A DNA stretch of 64,000 nt from Pseudomonadota bacterium (GTDB lineage Bacteria; Bdellovibrionota_C; UBA2361; OMII01), in the NCBI GenBank assembly GCA_038134595.1, contig JAYPVM010000001.1, positions 134,199-198,198 on the forward strand, written 5' to 3'. Each line of letters starts with the position of its first letter. Within the stretch, counting starts at the first letter, position 1. The notes beneath the pieces were generated by a model. The model worked only from the letters and a program-made list of their open reading frames with translations. It did no database searches and was not told the DNA's origin. The position numbers and the translations under genes were made by a program. Shown in pieces: positions 21,872 through 32,871 of this stretch.

Positions 21872-22256
21872 ACATCTAATATTATACATCTTTAAGACAC
21901 TGTTTCAGACGATCAGTCAGTTGCTGCTCTTCATTAGTTCTTGTAACGACGGGTCGCTAGTGGGGGCGATTAAGCCCTGGCGCTTCCCCTTTGTTCGAGG
22001 CGGCTGTCTGAAATCGATGGCCGGGAGCCGCGGGACTTTCGTGATTTAGTGGCTGCCGTTTGATGGCGGTCTTTGGCTCTGGGCTTCCTGTTTGTTGGAT
22101 GGGCGGCGAGGTCGTTGCGTACTTGGGAAGTGCTAACAAATAATCGTTCCAAGGGGTGACTTTCCTCGAAAGACTCGTTATTCTACCGACGCTTGTTCAC
22201 TTAAGTTCTTCAAATTACGATGAAGAAGTTGAAATAAAGAGCTGGTCTCTACAAGC

Positions 22257-22922
22257 ATGTCTTTTGTACAGAAGAGAGAAAAACTAATGCTATTTTTAGA
22301 TAAGCTTAGCCAGTATGAAAGCAAAGTTCAGAGGCTTTTTGCTTTCGTTGTCTTCATTCCGGCTTCCGTTTTATTATTAGTTGGGGGGCTCCTTATTGCG
22401 GGAAGTCAAGTTGCAAGCGCATCGGGTGCTGGACACGCTCCTTCGATTTCAGATCTTACGTTTCCATGGATCAATTTCATTCTTTACGTGGCGTTGCTAA
22501 CATACTTGCTTCGTACTCCAATTAGGCAGGGGTGGCAGGCGAGGAGAAACAGAGTAAGGGCTGACGTTGAAGGGGCTGCGGATAGGCTTCAAGCCGCTGA
22601 ACGAGAACTTGTCTCTGTGGAGGCGCTTGTGCACGGAGCACCGCAGGAGCAGGTGAGTATAAAAGCAGAGGTGTCTAAGCAGGCAGAGCTCGAAGCAGAA
22701 ATGATAGTCGCCCAAGCGGAAGAGAGAGGAACCCGAATCAAACAGCAGGCAAAGGAGATGTTGGCGGGTGAAATGAGGTCGGCCCAAAGTGCGTTTAAGT
22801 CTCGATTGGTGGAGCGTGCGCTTGGAGTGGCTAGGCAGAGATTTGGAGCGGGCGACTTTGACTCCAGAGAGTCTGTTTATACAGAAACTGCTGTAACAAG
22901 GGCAAAACAGTTAGTGCAGTAA
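22257..22922 (+). CDS. atpF: ATP synthase F0 subunit b
   Basis: WINFILYVALLTYLLRTPI...RRNRV plus coiled coil; directly before atpH. Confidence 0.85.
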   Translation: MSFVQKREKLMLFLDKLSQYESKVQRLFAFVVFIPASVLLLVGGLLIAGSQVASASGAGHAPSISDLTFPWINFILYVALLTYLLRTPIRQGWQARRNRVRADVEGAADRLQAAERELVSVEALVHGAPQEQVSIKAEVSKQAELEAEMIVAQAEERGTRIKQQAKEMLAGEMRSAQSAFKSRLVERALGVARQRFGAGDFDSRESVYTETAVTRAKQLVQ

Positions 22923-22944
22923 TTGCAAAAGGGCGTAAAGAGAT

Positions 22945-23493
22945 ATGGCTTCAGGAAAACAGCACATCCTAGCGAAACGATACGCGCGAGCGTTGTTTGA
23001 TGTTTGCTCGCCACAAGATTTTGACCGGGTTGATGAGCAGCTGCGATTGCTTAAAGATCTTTGGAAGGGCTCTTCCGAATTTCGGGATGCCATGCAAAAT
23101 CCAAGTGTTTCAGAGAGTGTTCGCAGGGATATTTTAGTAGAGATCTCTCAGAGCATAGGCGGATGGGCAACAAAGCCTCTGGGAGAGCTCGTTTCCGCCC
23201 TTGTCTCCCTTGGAAAGACGGCGGCTCTTGACTCTGTGTCTGATATATTTTCCAAGATGGTTCGAGAATACAAGAAGAGTTTGGCCTTAGAGGTGACGGT
23301 TGCAAAACCACTAACTGAAGCTGGGATTGCTGATCTAAAGGCAAAGCTCTCAGCTTCTGTAGGTGGGGAAGTGGAGGTGACAGTGGCGCACGATCCGGAG
23401 ATTTTGGGTGGAATGACTATCAGAATGGGAGACACCCTGCTTGATCGGTCTGTTGCGGGAACGTTAAAGCAGATCGCCGGAGAATTGGTTTAA
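22945..23493 (+). CDS. atpH: ATP synthase F1 delta subunit
   Basis: LAKRYARALF and DPEILGGMTIRMGDTLLDRSV. Confidence 0.95.
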   Translation: MASGKQHILAKRYARALFDVCSPQDFDRVDEQLRLLKDLWKGSSEFRDAMQNPSVSESVRRDILVEISQSIGGWATKPLGELVSALVSLGKTAALDSVSDIFSKMVREYKKSLALEVTVAKPLTEAGIADLKAKLSASVGGEVEVTVAHDPEILGGMTIRMGDTLLDRSVAGTLKQIAGELV

Positions 23494-23548
23494 GTTTTTG
23501 TAAGAAGTGAATGCTTTCTTTAGTGGAGTTAGGAGCTAAGAGATAATT

Positions 23549-25147
23549 ATGGATATACGAGCAGACGAGATAAGCAGAATCATCAAGGAGAAGATCGGCG
23601 GGGCCGCTAGTGGACAAGATCTCACTGAGGTTGGAAGTGTGTTGAGCGTGGGTGATGGTATTGCACGTGCGTACGGTCTCGGTAAAGTTGCTTTGGGTGA
23701 GCTCGTTGAGTTCTCAAACGGCACGAAGGGAATCGCTCTTAACCTAGAGGAAGACAACGTCGGTATCGTTGTTATGGGCGATACGACAGGAATCGTCGAA
23801 GGCGACACCGTAAAGCGAACCGGTCAAATTGCGCAGGTCCCTGTTGGCGATGAGCTGGTGGGTCGCGTTGTCGATGCTCTTGGAAACCCAATTGACGGAC
23901 TCGGTGATATCAACGCGACAGAAACTCGTCGCATTGAAATCAAGGCTCCAGGTATCGTTGGAAGAAAATCAGTACACGAGCCGATGCAGACAGGCCTTAA
24001 GGCAATCGACTCAATGACGCCGGTTGGCCGTGGTCAGCGAGAGCTCATAATCGGTGATAAGAAAACGGGAAAAACAACTGTTGCTCTCGATACTATCATT
24101 AACCAAAAGGGTAACGGTGTAATCTGTATTTATGTTGCTATCGGACAGAAGCGTTCATCGGTTGTGCAAGTGGTAGAGCGACTTAAAGAGCACGGTGCCA
24201 TGGACCATACCATTGTGGTTGCAGCTACAGCTTCAGAGCCTGATCCGATGTCATTCTTAGCCCCATACACTGGGTGTGCTATGGGTGAGTATTTTATGAA
24301 CAACGGGCGGCACGCTTTGGTTATCTACGATGACCTCTCGAAGCACGCCGTGGCGTACCGAAGTGTATCGTTACTCTTGCGGCGTCCACCGGGGCGGGAA
24401 GCGTATCCTGGAGATGTATTTTATCTTCATTCCCGATTGTTGGAGCGAGCGGCTAAGTTAAACGACGAGTTGGGTGGCGGTTCTCTTACAGCTCTTCCTG
24501 TTATTGAAACATTGGAGGGGGATGTATCAGCGTACGTTCCAACAAATGTGATTTCGATTACAGACGGCCAGATCTTCTTGGAGGCAGACCTTTTTAACTC
24601 GGGTATTCGACCTGCTGTAAACGTCGGTCTCTCAGTGTCTCGAGTGGGCGGAGCGGCTCAGGTTAAGTCGATGAAGAAGATCGCCGGAACACTTCGATTG
24701 GATTTGGCTCAGTACCGAGAGAAGCAAGCGTTTGCTCAGTTTGGCTCTGACTTAGATGCCGCAACAAGGGCACAGCTTGCAAAGGGCGCGCGACTTGTAG
24801 AGATCTTAAAGCAGGGACAGAACGTGCCGATGCCAGTAGAGCTACAGGTTCTCTCGATTTTCGCCGTAGCAAATGGGTTTACTGATACGCTTGCAGTCGA
24901 TGATGTTCGACCATTTGAGGATGCGCTACACAGCTACATGCTAACGAGTCAGGCAGAGCTTATGGGCGATTTGAAGAACAAGGCTGAGCTCGATAAGGAC
25001 ATCGTTGAGCGGTTGAAGGCTGCCATCGGTGGTTTCGTTGAGCAGTTTAAAGCTGGGGGTGCCAGCTTGGGAAAGCAGAACGGTAGTATTTCGTCTGCTG
25101 CGGGGACCCAAGGCAAGGCAACTGAGGGACACGCTAACGCTGCATAA
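23549..25147 (+). CDS. atpA: ATP synthase F1 alpha subunit
   Basis: [46 protein letters not shown]. Confidence 0.98.
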   Translation: MDIRADEISRIIKEKIGGAASGQDLTEVGSVLSVGDGIARAYGLGKVALGELVEFSNGTKGIALNLEEDNVGIVVMGDTTGIVEGDTVKRTGQIAQVPVGDELVGRVVDALGNPIDGLGDINATETRRIEIKAPGIVGRKSVHEPMQTGLKAIDSMTPVGRGQRELIIGDKKTGKTTVALDTIINQKGNGVICIYVAIGQKRSSVVQVVERLKEHGAMDHTIVVAATASEPDPMSFLAPYTGCAMGEYFMNNGRHALVIYDDLSKHAVAYRSVSLLLRRPPGREAYPGDVFYLHSRLLERAAKLNDELGGGSLTALPVIETLEGDVSAYVPTNVISITDGQIFLEADLFNSGIRPAVNVGLSVSRVGGAAQVKSMKKIAGTLRLDLAQYREKQAFAQFGSDLDAATRAQLAKGARLVEILKQGQNVPMPVELQVLSIFAVANGFTDTLAVDDVRPFEDALHSYMLTSQAELMGDLKNKAELDKDIVERLKAAIGGFVEQFKAGGASLGKQNGSISSAAGTQGKATEGHANAA

Positions 25148-25158
25148 GAAGGAAGCAC

Positions 25159-26049
25159 ATGGCTGGATTAAAAGAGATTCGCCGGCGTTTGCGCTCGGTA
25201 AATAACACGAAGAAGATCACATCAGCGATGAAGCTGGTTTCTGCCGCAAAATTGCGGAAGACGCAGGACGCTGTGGTCAGATCGCGTGACTATGCCACAT
25301 CGCTCAAGAGCGTTCTTGCGCTCCTAAGCGGAGGTAACGACTACACGCACCCGTTCTTAGAGCCTCGAAGCGAGGTAAAAAGGGTGCGAGTACTTGTATT
25401 GGGTGGTAATCGCGGACTGTGTGGCGGGTTTAATACGAATATCAATCGCCGGGTTGAGGCTTTGATTAAGGAGTTGAGCCAGAAGCATCCGGGCGCCGAG
25501 ATTTCAAGCGTTCTTGTAGGAAGAAAACCTGCAGAATACTATCGAAGAACCGGCCGCAAATATCTTGAGTCGACGGAAAACGTTGCTGATGATCCTGCAG
25601 AATGGCCGATTCAGGAGATCTGCCAGCGCCTTGAGGTCGACTATCTTCGCGGAGAGTTCGATGAGCTTTATCTAGTGTATACAAGCTTTAAGTCGGCCAT
25701 CTCGACGGTGCCAACTGCAGAGCGGCTAATACCGTTATCGAAGGATTCAGTGTCAATTGAGCCTGGCGATGAAACTTCGAAAGAGGTTTCCGGAACAACG
25801 CTCTTTGAGCCGAATCCACAGCGTGTTTTTGATGCAGTGGTGCCTCGGATTGTTCGAGCGACTGTAAGGCAAGCTGCATTCGATACTAAGGCAAGTGAGC
25901 ACGCGTGCCGGATGACGGCGATGGATAACGCCACGAAGAACGCATCAGATTTGATTCACACCCTTACATTAAAGAGAAATAAGCTTAGACAAAGTGGTAT
26001 TACAAGTCAGCTGCTCGACATTGTAGGTGGGGCAGAAGCTCTTAGTTAA
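25159..26049 (+). CDS. atpG: ATP synthase F1 gamma subunit
   Basis: KITSAMKLVSAAK, RGLCGGFN, SEHACRMTAMDNATKNA. Confidence 0.98.
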   Translation: MAGLKEIRRRLRSVNNTKKITSAMKLVSAAKLRKTQDAVVRSRDYATSLKSVLALLSGGNDYTHPFLEPRSEVKRVRVLVLGGNRGLCGGFNTNINRRVEALIKELSQKHPGAEISSVLVGRKPAEYYRRTGRKYLESTENVADDPAEWPIQEICQRLEVDYLRGEFDELYLVYTSFKSAISTVPTAERLIPLSKDSVSIEPGDETSKEVSGTTLFEPNPQRVFDAVVPRIVRATVRQAAFDTKASEHACRMTAMDNATKNASDLIHTLTLKRNKLRQSGITSQLLDIVGGAEALS

Positions 26050-26085
26050 TAAGTTTTTAGAGGACTCAAAAAAAGGTAGAGATAA

Positions 26086-27540
<1,455 letters not shown>

Positions 27541-27567
27541 GGGCTAAGAGACCGGAGAGAAGAGATT

Positions 27568-27978
27568 ATGGACGGAACGTTTGAGCTTAGAGTTTTTTCA
27601 AGCAAGGGTCTTGAGGTTGAGGCTGTTGTGCGTTCAGTATCGCTTCCGACAGAGGCAGGAGAGATTGGCGTTTTGGCGAGTCACTGTGGTTATGTTGGAC
27701 TTCTCTCAACGGGTTTTGCCACCTATCAGGTGGGCGAGACAGGTGAGGAGATTCGTTGCCTTGTTTCAGGGGGACTTGCTACCTTTGAGGGCAACACCTT
27801 AACACTCCTAGCAGATACGGTTGATAGAGCTGATACGGTTGATACTGCTGTACTTTCAGAGGATACCGAGGCGCTTCAGGCAGAGCTAGAAGCCCTAAGC
27901 CTCTTTGATCCCGAACGAGAGGTCTTAAGTCAAAAGCTATCTCGGATAGAGAAGCTCCGGGAGATGGTAGCTCAGTAA
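27568..27978 (+). CDS. atpC: ATP synthase F1 epsilon subunit
   Basis: LPTEAGEIGVLASH, VSGGL, LTLLADT; last gene of the cluster. Confidence 0.92.
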   Translation: MDGTFELRVFSSKGLEVEAVVRSVSLPTEAGEIGVLASHCGYVGLLSTGFATYQVGETGEEIRCLVSGGLATFEGNTLTLLADTVDRADTVDTAVLSEDTEALQAELEALSLFDPEREVLSQKLSRIEKLREMVAQ

Positions 27979-28049
27979 GAATTGAGTAGTTTAGAGGTCT
28001 TAGCGGTTAATGGGGGTCTTCCGAGATACCAAATCCGTACCAGTTACGA

Positions 28050-28727
28050 CTAAGCGACTTTTTTCTTCGGTCTTCCCATTGGGGCAGCCCGTGCCGAAAG
28101 GCCGGTTGCTGCCTCAACCATATCGAGAAACTCTTCGGAGCCCGTCGGGAGGTCGCTTAGAGTATTTTTTCGCAGCAACTCGAGGCTCTCGACGGAATCT
28201 TGGTTAGCCAACCATGTTCTCCAATCTGTTTGCTTCGCCTTCTTCTGTGACCAAACTGGGTCCGAGGTAATCAGGGTGTCATCTCTCAGCCCGCAGTGAA
28301 ATGCAGCACTCGACCATTGGTACTGATGTGCCTCTTGGACCATATGTGCTGCAACCGGATTTCTCTCGATATATCGTAGGGTTATCCAGAAGAACCTTTC
28401 ATCAACGGGGCTCGAGTAAAACTTCTCCTGCCATGCATGACCAGACCACCCATTAACAGCGTTGAAATATTCTGCGTATCGCTTGTGAGTCATTTGAAGT
28501 GTCCATCGGAGAGAATCTTGGCGCAGTGGTACGAGAAGGTGATGGACATGGTTGGTCATGAGACAATAGGCAAGCACCAAACATCCATACTGTTCACCGT
28601 ACCTACGGAGAAGCCTGCAATACACCTGACGGTCGTTTGCCGAGTGAAAAATGTCTCTTCGCCGCACACCACGCTGCGTCACGTGATGGGGCACCCCAGG
28701 TGCGATTAATCGTTTCTTCCGTGCCAT
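28050..28727 (-). mobile_element. REP-associated tyrosine transposase (RAYT, IS200-like Y1 HUH)
   Basis: MARKKR...PHHVTQRG, YCLMTNHVH (HUH), WQEKFYS, YIERNPV (catalytic Tyr), YQWSSA, GRPKK. Confidence 0.9.
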
Positions 28728-28784
28728 TAATCAGCAATCGAAAGTTGACAGGAGAAGTTCCGCGAAACGAGAAAAAAAGTAGTT

Positions 28785-28860
28785 TAGTGGTGACTGGTAC
28801 GACATATCGGGTACGACATATCGAGTGGTGACTGGTACGACATATCGGGTACGACATATC
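28785..28860 (+). repeat. Nested tandem repeat upstream of the RAYT
   Basis: The 37-nt unit AGTGGTGACTGGTACGACATATCGGGTACGACATATC occurs at 28786-28822 and 28824-28860. Each unit holds two GGTACGACATATC copies. Confidence 0.92.
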
Positions 28861-28862
28861 TA

Positions 28863-30305
28863 CTAGTGAGCCACGTTTCCGGCCGACTGCTTGCCGCGCT
28901 CCTGAATCATCTCCTTTAGCTCAAGAGCGTGCTCGTGCGTAGGATTAACGACGAGAATTTTCTCTACTTCAAGTTTTGCTTCGTTTACTTTTCCTTGTGC
29001 AAATAGCACGCCCGCTAACGAGTACAGCATGTCAATGCTCTCTGGATAGAGACCAAGGTACGATGAGAGCATTCTCTCCATCGCGTTGTATTTTTTTAGT
29101 GGGTATCCGGTTTGAAGAACTCCAAGTAGTGCCCGCTGGTTTTCAGGATTTTTTCGAGTGGCGGTTTCGAATAGTTCGAAAGAACGCTCCTCATTTCCTT
29201 CCACCATCGCACATAGACCTAATCCAGCGTAGCCGATGTCGCTGTTTGCATTGAGTGCGACTGCTTGCTCAAAATAGTTTTTTGCGATTTCCCATGATTG
29301 AGCTTCCGCCGCAAGTGCTCCCTTGCCGCAGAGTGCACGAGATACTCGTGGATCTTCGGAAAGTACTTGTTCGTATATTGTGTTCGCGGTCTCAAGTTCG
29401 CCACGAATTACAAGAAGCTCAGCTTTTAAACACTGCGCGGTGTGACGCAGGCTGTTGGTGCTGATTTCATTCTTCATCAAACCGTCTAAACGACCTTCTG
29501 CCTCAACGAATTCTTTCGAACGTTTTCGTTCCTCAATCTCACTAAGGATATTTGAAATCGCTGTGTCATCGAGAGCCTCTTCCGGTGAGGCGATTGTTGT
29601 TTCAGCGGATGTCGCTCCGACGGTCCAAGACTCCACACTTTTTGAAAGCTCACTGAGCGAGTCCTGCATGTCGGCTGAAGAGTAGCTATTCAACGAGGCT
29701 TGCGACTCATTTCTAGCATCGTGAGAGCCTTGCACAGACGCTTCAATAACTTTTCGCAGTTCGTTAGCTCCATCAAATTCAGGTGATATTGCCTGAATTG
29801 TATCGAGTTCTTTTAAGGCGGCTTCAGTATTGCCGGTTTTAAACAGGCAACCAGCAAGACAAAAACGAATGTTTACATCGTTGGGGTGTATCGCCAAAAA
29901 CTTTGAGAGACATTCTAGAGCCATGTTGAACTGACCGATGTTATAGGAGCAGTCAAGTAGCTGGTGAAGGGCTACAATATAGTCTGCCTTTATTCGAAGT
30001 GCCCGCTCAAAAAAGATACCGGCAGAAGCATAATGTTCTTGTACAACATCACACATTCCTCGACCTGTGAGCACCGCCGGGTCGTTAGAATCTAAGGTCA
30101 GTGCTCTATCGAAGTAACGTATTGCGAATGAAGGCTTTAGCTGGGCGAGTAATACCGCACCACGGGCCTTTAACAGGCGGGTGGAGTTTGGTGATATCGC
30201 TTCGGCTCTCGCTAAAAGCTTGTCGGCACGCTCAAATTCTGACTTCTTTGCGGCCGCTTCACCTTGCTCAAGGAGCTCACGAAATCGGTTTGTCTCTTCG
30301 TCCAT
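28863..30305 (-). CDS. Tetratricopeptide-repeat protein (two TPR blocks; likely start ATG 30305)
   Basis: Repeated A..YFDRALTLD / A..YFEQAVALN TPR patterns; SD GGAG before MDEE. Confidence 0.88.
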   Translation of the reverse strand: MDEETNRFRELLEQGEAAAKKSEFERADKLLARAEAISPNSTRLLKARGAVLLAQLKPSFAIRYFDRALTLDSNDPAVLTGRGMCDVVQEHYASAGIFFERALRIKADYIVALHQLLDCSYNIGQFNMALECLSKFLAIHPNDVNIRFCLAGCLFKTGNTEAALKELDTIQAISPEFDGANELRKVIEASVQGSHDARNESQASLNSYSSADMQDSLSELSKSVESWTVGATSAETTIASPEEALDDTAISNILSEIEERKRSKEFVEAEGRLDGLMKNEISTNSLRHTAQCLKAELLVIRGELETANTIYEQVLSEDPRVSRALCGKGALAAEAQSWEIAKNYFEQAVALNANSDIGYAGLGLCAMVEGNEERSFELFETATRKNPENQRALLGVLQTGYPLKKYNAMERMLSSYLGLYPESIDMLYSLAGVLFAQGKVNEAKLEVEKILVVNPTHEHALELKEMIQERGKQSAGNVAH

Positions 30306-30743
30306 ACTCTTTACTCCGGTTAATGCCAAGCATCAAAAACCCTCTCTAAGTTATATGAGGGAATATTTCGATTGTCTGTTAAACTTCCCTTTCTCTCCTT
30401 GGGTAGTTCCATTGCAAAAGGTGCGACCCTCTAGCTTGGGTTAAGGAGAAATTGCGTCAAATAAGCCATGCCCCAAGATACGGCCTAGAGATTAAGATGC
30501 AGGTTGTTGAAATGAGTTCCAGAAAATTTTCGCCTGCTCTTATGTAAAACCACAAGGATAGGATTGATGAACTGTATTCCAGTGTATACAATCACTTACA
30601 GACCCTGCGGAGTGAGTACTTATTTTGCAAAATGCTGGAAAAGTGCCGTGTGACCGGCTGGACTGTCAGCCAAGGGTGGCGCGCTGGGAGATACGCTATA
30701 AGTTGATAGGGCTTTAAGTACGTAAAACAAGTTAGAAGAGTTT

Positions 30744-31784
30744 ATGAAAATCAGGTGGTTTTTAACAACAGCGTTTCTAGTTATCGTTGTTATCGGTGCA
30801 GCGTTATACCTAACAAAACAGCCGATTGTCTTTTCACGACCTTTCGCCGCCCCATTGATCGATGAGAATTATTTGCAATTAGTTGTTCGCACGCTTTCCG
30901 AGAGGTTTATCCCCAGAGATGCACATCATCCAGCGGTCTTGGGGGCGGCTGGTGATTATATAGAGTTGGAATTTCGTAGGTCCTCCGAAAGGGTGTTGCG
31001 ACAGGAGTTCTTAAAGGGGGGCGATGTATATTCCAACGTCAGTGCTTTTTTTGGTCCTGCGGAGGGCGCGCGTATCGTCGTCGGAGCGCATTATGATTCG
31101 GTTGGCACTGACTCAAGGGGCAACTATGTTCCAGGAGCTGATGATAACGCCAGCGGAGTAGCTGGTCTTTTGGGCCTTGCCCAGCTTTTTGCGATAAATC
31201 CTCCGAGTGTTCCGGTCGAGCTGGTAGCGTTTGCAACTGAGGAGCAACCCAGCTTTGGCACCGAATTTATGGGAAGTGCTGTCCATGCTCGGGACTTACG
31301 TCAAAGAGGTAAGGATGTTTCACTCATGATTGATCTTGAGATGATAGGATACTTTTCTGATGTCCCAAATAGCCAGCGGTATCACCTTTGGATATTTCGG
31401 CGCTTGTATCCCACGACAGCAGACTTCATTGCTTTGGTCGGACGCTGGAATGAGTGGGGAGACCTGCTCTCTTTAAAATCTGCAATGGTGGGCGCTACCG
31501 CGCTTCCAGTTTTATCGGTAAGTATTCCGTATGAGCTCCCGAGGCTGGCAGACTCAGATCATATTAGTTTCTGGCGAGAGGGATTTCCTGCGATTATGGT
31601 AACTGACACCTCATTTAATAGAAATCGAAACTATCACAGCGCACACGACACCTGGCAGACACTTGATTATCATCGAATGGGCCAAGTAATTCAGGGGGTA
31701 TTTGCATATATTGCTTCTAGGGAGTCCAATCAGGATGCCGTTCAGCCCCCCAAAAAGATGGGGCGAACATCTTCCGTTCAATAA
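30744..31784 (+). CDS. M28 family metallopeptidase
   Basis: VVGAHYDS, PGADDNASG, ATEEQP, DLEMIG, SDH, YHSAHDT; N-terminal TM/signal segment. Confidence 0.93.
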   Translation: MKIRWFLTTAFLVIVVIGAALYLTKQPIVFSRPFAAPLIDENYLQLVVRTLSERFIPRDAHHPAVLGAAGDYIELEFRRSSERVLRQEFLKGGDVYSNVSAFFGPAEGARIVVGAHYDSVGTDSRGNYVPGADDNASGVAGLLGLAQLFAINPPSVPVELVAFATEEQPSFGTEFMGSAVHARDLRQRGKDVSLMIDLEMIGYFSDVPNSQRYHLWIFRRLYPTTADFIALVGRWNEWGDLLSLKSAMVGATALPVLSVSIPYELPRLADSDHISFWREGFPAIMVTDTSFNRNRNYHSAHDTWQTLDYHRMGQVIQGVFAYIASRESNQDAVQPPKKMGRTSSVQ

Positions 31785-32775
31785 AGTTCGGTAATAATTT
31801 CTGCAGAAATGATTCGTGGAGATTTATCGACGTCTGCATTGATTCTTCAAGTTCGGTTCGATTGTATTCAAAAGGCACACCTTCGCCGGTGTGTGAGTTT
31901 ACGATGCAGAGCCTATCGGTATTGGGAGATCCTAATGCAGTTCGCGAGAACATAATGTAATTTCCACACGGCGACCAGCAGAGATCTTTGTCCGCGTGCT
32001 CATCTTCTGTAAGAGGCATGAGAATGGAGCCGTCTCGGTTGGAGACGTAGACATCACCATCGGCTTGAAAGTGTTTTAATTTGCTGAGCGCCTTCCTGGC
32101 CTCGGCGGCGGAACCTTTGAGGACTACCTCTTTATAGTTATTGTATTGGCTCTGAAATTCCGCAGCACTTCGCTCATTTCTGTATGAAATAAAAGCTATT
32201 CGCGTTCCGTCTGGAGAGTAGCGTGGGGTAACATCCTGCGCTGGATGCGCATGTATGGTGCGTAGTGTTTTGTTGGAGAGGTCATATTCTTGAATGTCAT
32301 TTGAAGTCACGGGGCTAAATTCATCAGAGAGAAGACTTGGGCAGGCAAATAGAAGGTATCTTCCATCGGGAGAAAAGCTAGGGGTAAGTTCGACGTGGGT
32401 GCTGTCGAATATCTGGCGAAGGTTTGAACCATCGCTATTTACGCAAAAGACCCCGAGGCTCTCTCTCTTATTGGGATTGCCTGTGAAAACAATTGCGCCT
32501 CCATCAGGAGACCATGACGGATGTTGACAATACATGTCGGTCGTAATGGCACGAGGTTCTGAGCCATCTCGGTTCATTATCCAGATTCCGGTCGAAGAAT
32601 CAGACTCAATTCGAGTAAATGCCAGATAATTGCCGCACGGCGACCAGCGTGGGTGATCATTAATTTCACCATCCTTGGTCAATTGTTTAAGGAGCCCCGA
32701 TGCGAAGTCGAGAGTCCAAATATTATAGCTTCCAAAACGCCCGGATGAGAAAGCAACGGTCCCAGAAAATTGCAT
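31717..32775 (-). CDS. TolB-like PD40-repeat beta-propeller protein without signal peptide
   Basis: Repeats PRWSPCG, PSWSPDG, PSFSPDG, PRYSPDG, CWSPCG; SD AAGGAG. Confidence 0.85.
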   Translation of the reverse strand: MQFSGTVAFSSGRFGSYNIWTLDFASGLLKQLTKDGEINDHPRWSPCGNYLAFTRIESDSSTGIWIMNRDGSEPRAITTDMYCQHPSWSPDGGAIVFTGNPNKRESLGVFCVNSDGSNLRQIFDSTHVELTPSFSPDGRYLLFACPSLLSDEFSPVTSNDIQEYDLSNKTLRTIHAHPAQDVTPRYSPDGTRIAFISYRNERSAAEFQSQYNNYKEVVLKGSAAEARKALSKLKHFQADGDVYVSNRDGSILMPLTEDEHADKDLCWSPCGNYIMFSRTALGSPNTDRLCIVNSHTGEGVPFEYNRTELEESMQTSINLHESFLQKLLPNFIERKMFAPSFWGAERHPDWTP

Positions 32776-32871
32776 GCGATAGATCTCCTTTATATGGCTA
32801 TCCCTCGGTAGTTGAGAGGGAAATCTTTATAGTGGCGCGCAAAAGCGGAGAAAAGCAGCAGGATTAGAGCC

